DNA from: Planctomycetota bacterium
GTDB lineage: Bacteria; Planctomycetota; UBA11346
Length of the DNA: 64,000 bases
Direction of reading: 5' to 3'
Assembly (NCBI GenBank): GCA_038231435.1
Contig: JBBRLJ010000029.1
Span: 1 to 64,000, forward strand
Shown: positions 28,606 through 39,598 of the stretch, one piece after another
Position numbering within the stretch: the first letter of the stretch is position 1
Layout of the letters: each line of letters opens with the position of its first letter
Made by a program: the position numbers and the translations under genes
The notes under the pieces: generated by a model
Database searches by the model: none
Told to the model about the DNA's origin: nothing
What the model saw: only the letters and a program-made list of their open reading frames with translations

Positions 28606-31600
28606 CTAGGGGACGCTGGGGGCCGGATCCGCTGGTTGGACGCGCGGCTCGTGCGGCTTAGCCGGCAGCTCGGCCCCCTGGAGACGATCGATCGCGCCTC
28701 CGCGCCCATCATCCGGCGCCTCAGGCACGGGCACGGTCACGGGCACGGGCTCCATCTCGACGCCCAACATGGCGGGCGCGGGCGCGGCCGGCGCAGCGGG
28801 TGATGTCCGCGGCTCAGACGGCACGATGCGCGGCGCGGGAGGCTGCGGAGCAGGGATCTTGGCAGCGATCTCGCGCTTGGCCTGCTCGGCGAGCGCGTCG
28901 GCCGAAGCCTTCGCCAGGCGGGCGGCCTCGGTGCGATCCTCGACAGTGCCGCGGCGATGGGCCTGCCGCCAGCAGCACATGGCGAAATCGGCATGGCCGT
29001 TCGCGGCGTAGCAGGTACCGAGCTTGTTCAGGACCGACCCGGCGGAGTACGGCTGCGACGCCACGCGGCGATAGAGCTCGATCGCCTTCGTCGCATCGCT
29101 GGTGGCGAGGCGATCGGCTTGGCGCTCGAGCACCCGCGGCACCGTGCAACCAGCAGCCAAGGCGCGTTGGTCGAGTTCCTGCACGGCCTGGTCCATGCCC
29201 GCGGCGGCGGCGAGCGCGGAGGTCTCCTCGACCAGGGCCGCATCCGTGGGATGGCGACCGATCTCGGCGAACAGCAGCGCGAGCGCGGGTTCGATCTTGC
29301 CCTCGCGCGCCAGATCCCACGCCGAGGCGTAGTCCTTGTCGGTCGCCGCCGCAACCTCGCTCGGCACCTGGAACACCGGGTACACCAGCAGCAGCTGCTG
29401 GCCCTGCAGGTACGGCAGCGATTGGGGGCCGAGAAGCGGCGAGTCCTCGCTGCCCATTTGCGAGCGGTAGCAGTCGTCGAACGGAGCCAGGGCCACCACC
29501 AGCGCATTGCGGCTGGTGCGGTAATCCGGCACCGCCGGCACCCAATCGCCGAAGCGCACACCTCCGAGGCGCCATTGCGCACCGGCGCAGCGGCGCAGGG
29601 TCTCCCCGTAGTACGCGCCCGCGCCCAGCGCGAGCGCCGGCTGGCGGCCGCTGCCGGCGAGCTCGAGGCGCGAGAAGGTGGTCTCGAGCTGGCGCAGCGA
29701 TGCCATGGTGAAATCGAGGCGCACGCCGCAGGCGCGCGCGGCGACCGTGGCGAACGCCTCGGCGATCGCCGGCATCGCCTCGGCCGACGGCACGCAGTCG
29801 CGTGGATCGCCCCCTACCGCTTCGACCACCGCCCGCGCCACCGCCTTCACGCGGTCACGCGATGCGCTCGCAGGATGTAACGGCCTGGAAGCGGTGGCCT
29901 GCTCGAGTTCGGCGGCGGCGATGCGGAAGATCCCGCGCTGCGTCTGCGCGATATCCCAGCCGCCGATCTGCACGGCCAGATCCGCGCCGATCACCCACGC
30001 TCGTTGGATGTGGCCGCAGCGCGTGAGATTCACCGCCGCGCCGGTGGCGACGTCGATGCGGTAGAGATCGGTCTCGCCGCCGAAGCCCACCGCATCCTTC
30101 AGGCCGGGATCGACACGCCGCGTGGCGAATATCTCCGTCCCGTCACTAGACCACGCCAGCGACGCGAAGTCCTCCGGACCCGTGGTGATCCTGCGCAGCG
30201 CGCGATCCGCGACAGTGAGCACGAAGAGGTTGCCACCATCCCCAGCGGTGCGCGGATAATCGCGGTTGGCGATCACGGCGATGGTCTTGCCATCCGGGGA
30301 CGGGGTCGGCAGCGAAAAGCGCGACAGCGGGTAGGCGGCGAGTTCGCTATCGGCACCGCTGGCGGCCAACGCGACCAGGCGGTTGGAGCGCAGCTGCAGG
30401 CCGGAGCCGAGGTACTCGGGATGCGAATTCCAACGGCAGGCGATCAGCCCCTCGCCGGTAAGCGCAGGATCGACCGCGTCCAGGGGATGCTTGTCGGTCG
30501 CGCCGCCGGCCACCGTCACCACCACCACCTGTTTCTGAGCCGCGTAGGCGAGGCGCTTGCCGTCGGCAGACCAGTTCACCGGCGGCTCCGGACGCGGATC
30601 GAGGGTGATGGCGGTGCGGCGGTGGCTGGCGAGATCGAGCACGAAGTCGTCGTCCCCTTCGCGGCATAGCGCGGTCGTCCCGTCGGGCGAAAACGCGATG
30701 ACGTCGGTCCCATCGGCGATCAGCGGCTTGGCGGCGGCGATGACCACCGCGATGTCCTCGTTCGCCGGGGTCTCATCCTCGTAGACGCGAGCGGTGAAGG
30801 CGATATCGGCTTCGGGGCTGGACCGCGACTGGAGGACCAGCGAGCCCAGCATCTGCTCCCAATCGGACTCGGTATCCAGACGTCGGCTGTCGGTGCTCTC
30901 GAGCGAGGCGCGCACCGCGACCCCATCAGCGGCCAGCGTCGCGATGCGGACATGATGCGGTTGGCCCTGGAACTGTCCGCTGATCTCCAGATAGGCGAGT
31001 TGGCGCCCATTGATTTCGGCGGAGCGCTCGGCGGAAGTCACCTTGCCCAGGCGGGTCGACCACCAATGGCGCGCCGACTCCAGCTCGGCTCCCGCATCGG
31101 AAGCGGTGCGCAGCACGTCGATGTGCGCCCAGGCGCCTCCGGCGACAAAGACGAAATCGGCCACGTCCAGGCTCTGGTGGTCCTGCGCCTCGGCATCGAA
31201 GGTAGACTCGCGCCAGCGCGGCTGGTTGAGTTCGGCGCGCACCAGGCCACCGGCGACCGCGATCGGACGCGGGACTCCGACCAGGCGCGCGAGCCATTCC
31301 GGGCGGTCGTGCAGGAAGACCATGCTCTTGATCAGCGCGCGCTGCTCGCGCTCGAAACGGTCGTAGTCGCCACTGTTGAAGATCGAGACCAGGCGGTACG
31401 CGAATCCCTGGTGGCAGAGCGAGATGACCAGCGCGCGCCGGCGGACCCCCTGCTCGATGTAGGGGAACGAAGCGTAGATGGTGCGTTCGCCAGCGGTGTC
31501 GTCACGGTCGTGGCGGATCTCCTCGGGAATCTCGACCGACAACGTGAGCTCATCGATCCAGCTCTTCTCGACATCCTCGGGACTGACCTCGGCCTCCTGG

Positions 31601-31785
31601 GCGCTCATGAGCAGGACGTTCACGCCCTTGCGCAAGGCGAAGAGCGTGATCGGCGAATTGATCGGGTAGGGAACCCATCCCGGAGGCGGACTGATCGACA
31701 GGTTCTTGTCGGCGAAGACCAGTGGACGATCGGCTCCCGCGAGCGAACTCGCGGCGGCCAGCAGGACGAGGATCGCGAAGCGCAT
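28606..31785 (-). CDS. Large secreted multidomain protein (TolB-like beta-propeller, TPR-like region, Pro-rich tail)
   Basis: Signal peptide MRFAILVLLAAASSLAG; repeats FSPDG, WSADG, PSPDG, WSSDG; TPR-like helices. Confidence 0.75.
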   Translation of the reverse strand: MRFAILVLLAAASSLAGADRPLVFADKNLSISPPPGWVPYPINSPITLFALRKGVNVLLMSAQEAEVSPEDVEKSWIDELTLSVEIPEEIRHDRDDTAGERTIYASFPYIEQGVRRRALVISLCHQGFAYRLVSIFNSGDYDRFEREQRALIKSMVFLHDRPEWLARLVGVPRPIAVAGGLVRAELNQPRWRESTFDAEAQDHQSLDVADFVFVAGGAWAHIDVLRTASDAGAELESARHWWSTRLGKVTSAERSAEINGRQLAYLEISGQFQGQPHHVRIATLAADGVAVRASLESTDSRRLDTESDWEQMLGSLVLQSRSSPEADIAFTARVYEDETPANEDIAVVIAAAKPLIADGTDVIAFSPDGTTALCREGDDDFVLDLASHRRTAITLDPRPEPPVNWSADGKRLAYAAQKQVVVVTVAGGATDKHPLDAVDPALTGEGLIACRWNSHPEYLGSGLQLRSNRLVALAASGADSELAAYPLSRFSLPTPSPDGKTIAVIANRDYPRTAGDGGNLFVLTVADRALRRITTGPEDFASLAWSSDGTEIFATRRVDPGLKDAVGFGGETDLYRIDVATGAAVNLTRCGHIQRAWVIGADLAVQIGGWDIAQTQRGIFRIAAAELEQATASRPLHPASASRDRVKAVARAVVEAVGGDPRDCVPSAEAMPAIAEAFATVAARACGVRLDFTMASLRQLETTFSRLELAGSGRQPALALGAGAYYGETLRRCAGAQWRLGGVRFGDWVPAVPDYRTSRNALVVALAPFDDCYRSQMGSEDSPLLGPQSLPYLQGQQLLLVYPVFQVPSEVAAATDKDYASAWDLAREGKIEPALALLFAEIGRHPTDAALVEETSALAAAAGMDQAVQELDQRALAAGCTVPRVLERQADRLATSDATKAIELYRRVASQPYSAGSVLNKLGTCYAANGHADFAMCCWRQAHRRGTVEDRTEAARLAKASADALAEQAKREIAAKIPAPQPPAPRIVPSEPRTSPAAPAAPAPAMLGVEMEPVPVTVPVPEAPDDGRGGAIDRLQGAELPAKPHEPRVQPADPAPSVP

Positions 31786-31883
31786 GCCGGGTGTATACCA
31801 CCAGGATGGTAGAGTAGCCATCGTGCGACCGCCGCGGCACCGGAACACACGCCTCCTCTGGGCAACGGTACGTCGATCACTGG

Positions 31884-34211
31884 TTGCATGTCATTCCCGA
31901 TCCGGTTTCCCGGCATGACAATCAGGCGAACCCCGGGATGCTCGCCACGGTGAACCCCTCCGCGATGAGCCCAATGCCCAGCGGCCTTGCGCCTGGTGGC
32001 GTTCCGTCGAGTGCCTTTCGGCTGGACTGCCTGGCGCCGCATGCGCTCGCGGCATGCGTGGCCGCGTACGTGGTCGCCCACGCGTTGGGCACTCCATCGG
32101 CCTCGGCGCGTACGGCGATGGCGCTGGTGCTGCCGGTCCTGGTGACGTGGCGTCTACCGCGCGATTGGCCGGCGGACCGCTCGATCCTGGCGGCATCATG
32201 GATCGCCTTGGCGATGTTCGGTTGGACGCTCCTCGGCAGCGTGCGATCGGATGGATTGGTCGACATCGGACTCGGTCGCTGCGCCGCGCTCGCAGGTGCG
32301 ATCGTACTGACCTGGTCGGTGATCTGTTCGCCGATCCCCGCCGCGCGCATGATCGCGGTCGTCGGAGCCTCGGCCTCATTCGCCCTCGCCGTTGCCGCGA
32401 TCGGCATGCTCGCGACCGGCTTGCCGCATTTCGGCGCCGGCAACATCAACCATCTGCTCGGTGCATGCTCACCGCCGCTGGTCGGTTGGGCGGCCTGGAT
32501 CATCGGTTCGGCCGTGCAGCGGCGCACCGTGCCGATCTGGCAGTGGCTCGCCTGCGCGAGCGCGCTGGCGGTGTTCATGACGCTCGCGTTCCTGGCCGTG
32601 CCAGGCATGCCGAGGCGCGGCGCGCTGGTGGTGCTGGCGGCGGTGTGCACTTGGTCCATCGCCGATCAGGCGTGGCGGCGCAGCCGCAGGTGGTGCGCGC
32701 TCGCGCTCACCGCCTGCGCGCTCGCCCTGGTCGCCTGGGGGCCGGCCCTGATCGACGCGGTGGTCGGACACCGCGATGAACGCCTGCTTCTCTACGGCGC
32801 AGGACTCGAGGCGACCGTCCATGCACTGCCCTGGGGGGCGGGCCCGTTCGCGATGCTCGCAGCGCAGGATCTGGACGGAGAGTACTGCCGACACCTGACC
32901 GCGGCTGGGCTATGGGCCCTGCACGCGCACAACGAAGTCGTCGAATCGTTCCTCTCCGGAGGTCTTCCCGGAGGCGCGCTGTTCCTTGTGCTGATCGCCA
33001 TCGTTGCGTGGCGCGCGCTGCGCGTGGCCGACCCTGCGCTGCGCGCCGCCGCGTGCGCGATCGCCATCGCGCTCGCCGTGCACGCCATGACCGACAACGG
33101 GTATGATCTGCCCGCGGGCTTGGCGTGGGCGGCGATCCTGTGCGGCGTCGTCCTGCGCTGTCCGCCTCGCGCGCCCCATACCGCGCGCGCGGTGCCGGGA
33201 CTGCGCGCGTGCGCCTGGGCGCTCGCCGGATTCAGCCTGATCGGAGCCCTCCACGAATGGCAGATGCTGACCATGGGCGCGGATGCCAGCCCGCAGCGGC
33301 GCCTGCGCGCGCTGGCCGCCTCGTGGCAGGCGGAAGAACTGGCGCAGCAGTGGCTGGAGCCGCTGCGCACGAGCGTCGACGCCGGGGATTTCGCCACCGG
33401 CGCGGCCGTGCTGCGCGTGGTGGGTCCCAAGCTACGCTGGTCGGGCGGACTGCTCGGCGCCCGCTACCAGCTCGAACGCGAGACCGCCTCGGCGTACCGC
33501 GAGCAACTGCTATGGGCATGCCAGAATATCGCCGCGTCCCCGGTCGACGAGAATTCGTGGCGATCCGCGCTGACGGCAGGTGCGGGAGTCTCTCGCACGG
33601 ACGCCGACGCTGTGCGCTTCCTGCTCGATGTGCTGCATCGGCGCCCGTTCGATCGCGCGAAGCACGCCGAGCTACGCGACCTGCTGTCGCTTCGCCCTGA
33701 TCTCGCGGCACATGTTCCGCCGCGCGTGCTCACGCGCATGGCCTATGCCTGCGGCGATCCGGCGATGGCGGCGCCCGGATTTCCCGCTCCGGATTCGGTG
33801 GAGGCCGGCGCGGATCTCCAGGCCCAGCTCGCCTGGGCTGGCGCGCATCAGTGGCCGGACACCGAGCTGCGTCCTCCGCTCGAGCGCCTGCTCGCGCGGT
33901 ACGGCGACGTCCCCGACGTGCACCTGCTGGCCATGACCCTCGCGCGCGATGCGCCTCCGGGCGCGTACGCGTGGCTGCTCGGAGAACGGCACCTTGTCCA
34001 AGGGACGGAGCTCATTCCGGAGAGCGACTTGCAACGCTTCCTGGCCAGCATCACCACCCACGGTCAGGCGGCCGCGACCTGGCCGCTGCTACGGCGGCTC
34101 GCACCGCGGATCGCCGAGCAGGCGCTCGCTGGAGACGCGGTGAAGAGCTCCGACGCGGACGCCGGCCGGATCCGCGATGAGTTCCGGCGCATCGCCAACC
34201 TCGCCCACTGA
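31884..34211 (+). CDS. O-antigen ligase/O-oligosaccharyltransferase (Wzy_C)-like membrane protein with C-terminal helical domain
   Basis: About 12 hydrophobic segments; FGAGNIN, RRGAL, ERL, PWGAGPFA, HAHNEVVE; start uncertain. Confidence 0.75.
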   Translation: MHVIPDPVSRHDNQANPGMLATVNPSAMSPMPSGLAPGGVPSSAFRLDCLAPHALAACVAAYVVAHALGTPSASARTAMALVLPVLVTWRLPRDWPADRSILAASWIALAMFGWTLLGSVRSDGLVDIGLGRCAALAGAIVLTWSVICSPIPAARMIAVVGASASFALAVAAIGMLATGLPHFGAGNINHLLGACSPPLVGWAAWIIGSAVQRRTVPIWQWLACASALAVFMTLAFLAVPGMPRRGALVVLAAVCTWSIADQAWRRSRRWCALALTACALALVAWGPALIDAVVGHRDERLLLYGAGLEATVHALPWGAGPFAMLAAQDLDGEYCRHLTAAGLWALHAHNEVVESFLSGGLPGGALFLVLIAIVAWRALRVADPALRAAACAIAIALAVHAMTDNGYDLPAGLAWAAILCGVVLRCPPRAPHTARAVPGLRACAWALAGFSLIGALHEWQMLTMGADASPQRRLRALAASWQAEELAQQWLEPLRTSVDAGDFATGAAVLRVVGPKLRWSGGLLGARYQLERETASAYREQLLWACQNIAASPVDENSWRSALTAGAGVSRTDADAVRFLLDVLHRRPFDRAKHAELRDLLSLRPDLAAHVPPRVLTRMAYACGDPAMAAPGFPAPDSVEAGADLQAQLAWAGAHQWPDTELRPPLERLLARYGDVPDVHLLAMTLARDAPPGAYAWLLGERHLVQGTELIPESDLQRFLASITTHGQAAATWPLLRRLAPRIAEQALAGDAVKSSDADAGRIRDEFRRIANLAH

Positions 34212-34218
34212 ACCAGCC

Positions 34219-35517
34219 TCAGCCGGGAGCGGACGCCGCCGATGGAGCTCCGGCCAACTCGTCACGCAACTTCACCATATCGAGCTCGCGCTCAGAACGC
34301 GACACCACGATGGTGGCGACGCCATTGCCGATGAAATTGGTGACCGCGCGCGCTTCGCTCATGAAGCGATCGACCCCGAGGATCAGCGCCATGCCCTCGA
34401 CCGGGATCGCGGGCACCACGGCCAGCGTCGCGGCGAGGGTTATGAAGCCCGAGCCGGTGACTCCCGATGCACCCTTGCTGGTGAGCATCGCCACACCGAT
34501 GATCGACAGCTGTTGGCCGAGGCTCAGGTCGATGTCCAGGGCCTGCGCGATGAACAGCGCGGCCAGGGTCAGGTAGATGTTGGTCCCATCCAGGTTGAAC
34601 GAGTACCCGGCCGGCACCACCACGCCGACCACGCTGCGCGAGCAGCCTAGGCGCTCGATCTTCGCCATCAGCGCCACCAGCGCCGATTCGGACGACGAGG
34701 TGCCGAGCACCGTGAGGATCTCGTCCTTGATGTAGGCGATGAAACGCAGGATCGAGAACCCGCACATCCAGGCGACCGCTCCGAGCACGCCGATGATGAA
34801 CACGCCGCAGGTCAGGTAGAAGGTCGCCATCAGCAATGCCAGGGGCTTGAGCGAAGCGATGCCGTATTTGCCGAGCGTGTAGGCCATGGCCGCGCCAGCT
34901 CCGAGCGGCGCCAGCTTCATGATCATGTTCACCACCGCGAACAGCGCCCGGCTCGCGCCCTCGAGGAATGCGGTCACCGCCCTGCCCTTCTCGCCGAGGC
35001 CCGCGAGCGCGGAACCGAAGAGGATGGCGATCAGCAGCACCTGCAGCAGGTCGCCGTTGGCGGTGAATGCATCGAGGAAGGTCTTGGGGATGATGTGCAG
35101 AACGTAATCCTGCACGCTCATATCGCTCGCCTTCTTGGCGATGGCGGCGACCTCTTTGGCATCGAGCGCCTTGGCGTCGGCATGGAAACCCGACCCTGGC
35201 CGCAGCAGGTTCGCGACCACCAGTCCGATCGCGAGCGCGACGGTGGAGACGATCTCGAAGTACAACAGCGCCTTGCCGCCCACCCGTCCGAGCTTGCGCA
35301 TGTCGGACATGCCGGCGATGCCCAGCACCACGGTGCAGAAGATCACCGGCGAGATCAGCATCTTGATCAAGGCGATGAAGCCGTCGGCGATGGGCTTCAG
35401 TCCGATGCCCACCTCGGGCCAGGCGTAGCCGACCAGGCAGCCGACGAGCACGCCCACAATCACGAACAGGTAGAGCTGTCCTCCACTGGAACGCGAGGCG
35501 GGGGTTTCGGCAGACAT
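34219..35517 (-). CDS. dctA: C4-dicarboxylate:cation symporter (DAACS family)
   Basis: [62 protein letters not shown]. Confidence 0.95.
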   Translation of the reverse strand: MSAETPASRSSGGQLYLFVIVGVLVGCLVGYAWPEVGIGLKPIADGFIALIKMLISPVIFCTVVLGIAGMSDMRKLGRVGGKALLYFEIVSTVALAIGLVVANLLRPGSGFHADAKALDAKEVAAIAKKASDMSVQDYVLHIIPKTFLDAFTANGDLLQVLLIAILFGSALAGLGEKGRAVTAFLEGASRALFAVVNMIMKLAPLGAGAAMAYTLGKYGIASLKPLALLMATFYLTCGVFIIGVLGAVAWMCGFSILRFIAYIKDEILTVLGTSSSESALVALMAKIERLGCSRSVVGVVVPAGYSFNLDGTNIYLTLAALFIAQALDIDLSLGQQLSIIGVAMLTSKGASGVTGSGFITLAATLAVVPAIPVEGMALILGVDRFMSEARAVTNFIGNGVATIVVSRSERELDMVKLRDELAGAPSAASAPG

Positions 35518-35749
35518 CAGTACCTCGCGTTAGGCCGCACGGTGTCGTCCATCGTCCGAGGTGTCAACGATCAGCGTGCGGATAGCGGTGGATTGACGAA
35601 CCTCACGACGCTTCTTCGGCTCTCGATCCCGCCGTACTCCGCACGACGTACCCCTGGAATTGTCTGCCGCACATCATTAGCCAATCAGAGCGCGTGTCCC
35701 TGGGCCTCCGATTGCATCCGTCCACGCCCTGGCACCGTGACCTCCCGCG

Positions 35750-37591
35750 ATGGCCCACCCGCTCCTCCGCTGTTTCGGTTTCTACCGGCTGCATCTCGGG
35801 CTCGCCATCGCGGTGACCATGGCGATCGCGGTGGTCAACGCGTCCGCGCCGCTGACCCAGTACATCCTCGGCCGGGCGCTGCACGACATGGAGCTCGGCA
35901 CCGCGGTGACACGCCTGCCCGGCGGCGGAATCGACGCCAGCGGGGCCTGGCGTTGGGCGGCGGTGCTGCTGTCCCTGGCCGCCGCGCGCGGCATCGCGCA
36001 GTACCTGTCGACGGTGCTCGCGGTCGCGCTCGGCCAGCGGCTGCTGCACAGCCTGCGCTCGCTGCTGTTCGGCCGCATCCAGGAGCTCGATGTCGGTTAC
36101 CACCAGCTGCACGGCGCGGGCGAGATCATCAACCGCACCACCCGCGACAGCGACAAGGTGCGCGATGCGGTAGTGGGCGGATACCGCAGCCTGCTCGAGC
36201 TGACCATGATCGTCACCGCCAGCCTCGGCATCCTCGCCTGGTACGATTGGCGGCTGGCGGTGGTGCCGCTGGCCCTGGTGGCGATCGCCCTGGTCATGGG
36301 CATGAGCCAGTCGCAACGCCTGGTGGCGCTCAACCGCACCGCCGACAAGGCCTATGACGACGTGGCCCAGGATCTCTCGGAGGGCGTGCACGGCGTGCGC
36401 GTGATCAAGGCCTTCGCGCTCGAGCGCCGGCGCATCGAACGATTCGTCGGTCATGTCGGTCGCTTCTCAGGCGCCGCGCGCTCCGCGGTGGCGTTCACGG
36501 CGGCGCGCCTGCCATTGCCGCAGCTGGTGGTGGCGCTCGGACACCCGTGGGTGCTGGGCTGCGGCGCCTGGCTGGTGGTGCACGGCGGGTTGAACCGCGG
36601 CGAGCTGATCGCGGCTATGATGGCGATGCAGTCGCTGGTGTTCCGCGTCGAATCGATCGGCCGGCTGGTGCAGACGTTCGCCGACGCGCGTGCCTCGGCG
36701 GCGCGCGTCATCGAGTTGGTCGACGCTCGTCCCGCGGTGCACGATGCTGGTGGGAACCTTCAGACGTCCGACATCCGTCTTCCGTCGTCGGAAGGCCCAC
36801 TGTTCCCGTCCCGCGAGCTGCCGGCGCGGCCGTTCGCGCTGCGTCTCGAGCGCGTCCAGGTGCGCGGCACGGCCGGTGAGGCCATCCTGGCCGGAGTCGA
36901 CCTGGAGCTCAGGCCCGGCGAGGTGGTGGCGCTGGTCGGCGCGACCGGCAGCGGCAAGAGCACCCTGGCGTCGCTCTTGCCTCGGCTGCGCGATCCTGAT
37001 GCCGGGCGGGTGCTGCTCGGTGCGGACGGCGCGTGGACGGATATCCGCTCCCTGCGCCTGAACGAGCTGCGACGCGCGGTGCAGGTGGTGTACCAGGACA
37101 GCTTCCTGTTCTCGGACAGCTTGGCCGGCAACCTGCGCATGGCAGCGCCCGATGCGAGCGATGCCGAGCTGCTCACGGCCTTGTCGGCCGCCGCCGCCGA
37201 GGACGTGCTGACCTCGCTGCCCGCGGGCCTCGCGAGCCGCATCGGCGAACGCGGCGTCACCCTGTCGGGTGGCCAGCGCCAACGCGTGTGCATCGCTCGG
37301 GCGCTGCTGGCGCGTCCAGCAGTGCTGTGCCTGGATGACGCCACCAGCGCGCTCGATGCCCTCACCGAACGCAGGATCCTGCTCGCGCTGCGCGGCGGTG
37401 GTGGTCCGGGTACGACGCCGGTGTGCGCCGTGCTGCTGATCGCCAGCAAGCTCTCCACCATCCGCCAGGCCGATCGCGTGGTGATGCTCGACGGCGGCCG
37501 CATCGCCGCCATCGGCACCCACGAGCAGCTGGTCGCCGATTCGGCCCCCTATCGCGACCTGCTCGGCCTCGAGCCGGGGGACGCGGCATGA
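35750..37591 (+). CDS. ABC exporter half-transporter (TMD+NBD), degenerate-site subunit
   Basis: GATGSGKS, LSGGQRQR, Walker B LDDATS (Asp for catalytic Glu), no switch His. Confidence 0.92.
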   Translation: MAHPLLRCFGFYRLHLGLAIAVTMAIAVVNASAPLTQYILGRALHDMELGTAVTRLPGGGIDASGAWRWAAVLLSLAAARGIAQYLSTVLAVALGQRLLHSLRSLLFGRIQELDVGYHQLHGAGEIINRTTRDSDKVRDAVVGGYRSLLELTMIVTASLGILAWYDWRLAVVPLALVAIALVMGMSQSQRLVALNRTADKAYDDVAQDLSEGVHGVRVIKAFALERRRIERFVGHVGRFSGAARSAVAFTAARLPLPQLVVALGHPWVLGCGAWLVVHGGLNRGELIAAMMAMQSLVFRVESIGRLVQTFADARASAARVIELVDARPAVHDAGGNLQTSDIRLPSSEGPLFPSRELPARPFALRLERVQVRGTAGEAILAGVDLELRPGEVVALVGATGSGKSTLASLLPRLRDPDAGRVLLGADGAWTDIRSLRLNELRRAVQVVYQDSFLFSDSLAGNLRMAAPDASDAELLTALSAAAAEDVLTSLPAGLASRIGERGVTLSGGQRQRVCIARALLARPAVLCLDDATSALDALTERRILLALRGGGGPGTTPVCAVLLIASKLSTIRQADRVVMLDGGRIAAIGTHEQLVADSAPYRDLLGLEPGDAA

Positions 37592-39420
37592 GCGACCTCG
37601 AGCACGAGGAGGAGCTGGCACGCGCGCGGCTAGACCGGCGCATGGCCGGGCGCATGGCATCCCTCCTGCGTCCGGTGCTGGGCCGGGTGGTGCTGGTGGT
37701 TGTCGTCGAGATGGTGCTGGTGGTCTCGGTGTTCGCTCGGCCGTGGTTCCTGCGCGACGTGATCGACAATGGCCTGATCCGCGATGGCACCGGCTGGCGC
37801 GTCGACGTCCACGTTGTGCTGTGGGCGATGCTCGGCCTTGCGGGGGTGTGGTTGGTGCGCTTCGGACTCGGCGGGCTCGGCCAGTTCCTCTCCGGGACCG
37901 TCGCCATCCGCGTGCTGAACGACCTGCGTGCTCGCGTCTTCACCCACGTGCAGGCGCTGTCGGTGCGCTACTTCGACCGCACCAAGGCCGGACGCATCAT
38001 CGCCAGGGCCGACCGCGACGTCGACAGCCTGGAACCCGCTGTGATCAACGGCCCACCGGAGCTGCTGGGAATGGCCTTGCGTTGCATCGGCGCCGGCGCG
38101 CTGCTGTACGCCATCAGCCCACGTCTGTTCTGGATGCTCTCACCGCTCCTGCCACTGCTCGCGCTAGCGATGGCGCTGTTCCAACGCGCCGGGGCGCGCG
38201 TCTGGCGCGACATCGCCGAGGCCAAGAGTCGCGTCACCGCTCACCTGTGCGAAGGCATCGCCGGCGTGCGCGTCATCAAGCAGACCGGCTTCGAGTCCGC
38301 CAACCACGCGCGCTACGACATCTTGCTCGGCGGCCTCGATCGCGCCGCCATACGTGGATCATGGGCGTGGGGCTGGTTCCAGCCGTATTCGGCCGTGCTC
38401 TTCCATGCTGGGCTCGCGCTGCTGCTGGTCGAGGGTGGGCGCGAGCTCGCGCTCGGTCAGCTCAGTGTCGGGCAGCTCGCGCAGGCGATGTTCTACATCT
38501 TCGTGTTCCTCGGGCCGCTCCAGGAACTCGGCGACCTTTACGAGAAGATCGCCACCGCTACTGCCGCAGCGCAGCGCATCTTCCTGCTGCTCGACACGCC
38601 GATCGAGATCGTCGACCGGCCAGGCGCGCGCGTTCTGCCGACGGTGTCCGGCGCGGTGGCATTCGAGCACGTGCGTTTCGCCTACGACCCCGCCGGACCC
38701 ACGGTGATCCACGACTTCAGTCTCGAGGTTCCCGCGGGCGAGACGCTGGCGATCGTCGGGGCCACCGGCCATGGCAAGAGCACGCTGGTGCAGCTGCTGA
38801 CGCGATTCTACGAGCCGCAGGCCGGGCGCATCACGCTCGACGGGCACGACATCAACAGTCTCGCCCAGGACGATCTCAGGCGCCACGTCGCGGTGGTGCT
38901 ACAGGACAACATCCTCTTCTCGGGCAGCATCCTCGACAACCTGCGCCTCGCCGCTCCGCATGCCTCCGACGAAGAGCTGATCGCCGCGGTGCGCGCGCTG
39001 GGCGCCGACGAAGTGCTTGAGCGACTGCCCTCCGGCTACCAGACCGCGGTGGGGCCGGGCGGTGGGAACCTCAGCCACGGTCAGCGCCAGCTGGTGTGCC
39101 TGGTGCGCGCCTATCTCGCGGATCCGCGCGTGCTGGTGCTCGACGAGGCGACCTCGGCGGTGGACATCCACACCGAGGGCCGCCTGCGCCGCGCCCTGCG
39201 TCGGCTCAGCGTTGGGCGCACCGCGATCGTCATCGCGCATCGCCTGACCACTATCCGCGACGCCGACCGCATCGTGGTGATCGAGCGCGGGACCCTGGTC
39301 GAGCATGGGACCCACGTCCAGCTGATGGCGGCGGGCGGGAGATACGCGGCCTTGTACCAGGCCTACGAGCGGGAACAGGATGGCGACCGGGGCCAGAACG
39401 GCAGCACTGGGCTCGGCTGA
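37588..39420 (+). CDS. ABC exporter half-transporter (TMD+NBD), partner subunit
   Basis: ATGA overlap; GATGHGKS, LSHGQRQ, LDEATS, IAHRL. Confidence 0.92.
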   Translation: MSDLEHEEELARARLDRRMAGRMASLLRPVLGRVVLVVVVEMVLVVSVFARPWFLRDVIDNGLIRDGTGWRVDVHVVLWAMLGLAGVWLVRFGLGGLGQFLSGTVAIRVLNDLRARVFTHVQALSVRYFDRTKAGRIIARADRDVDSLEPAVINGPPELLGMALRCIGAGALLYAISPRLFWMLSPLLPLLALAMALFQRAGARVWRDIAEAKSRVTAHLCEGIAGVRVIKQTGFESANHARYDILLGGLDRAAIRGSWAWGWFQPYSAVLFHAGLALLLVEGGRELALGQLSVGQLAQAMFYIFVFLGPLQELGDLYEKIATATAAAQRIFLLLDTPIEIVDRPGARVLPTVSGAVAFEHVRFAYDPAGPTVIHDFSLEVPAGETLAIVGATGHGKSTLVQLLTRFYEPQAGRITLDGHDINSLAQDDLRRHVAVVLQDNILFSGSILDNLRLAAPHASDEELIAAVRALGADEVLERLPSGYQTAVGPGGGNLSHGQRQLVCLVRAYLADPRVLVLDEATSAVDIHTEGRLRRALRRLSVGRTAIVIAHRLTTIRDADRIVVIERGTLVEHGTHVQLMAAGGRYAALYQAYEREQDGDRGQNGSTGLG

Positions 39421-39598
39421 ACGGAGAACCGCCATCGAGCGCGCCAGGTGATACGACGTCCGGTGCGTCGTGTGGTGCGTCGTGTGATGTGGAGCGGTGA
39501 AAATGTGACGCGGAATCGTTGCGCATGATGCAGCGGCACGCGGCTCCTGGAATGTCGAGCGCGGGTGCTGAACATCACGGCACCGTGGAGTCACTCCC

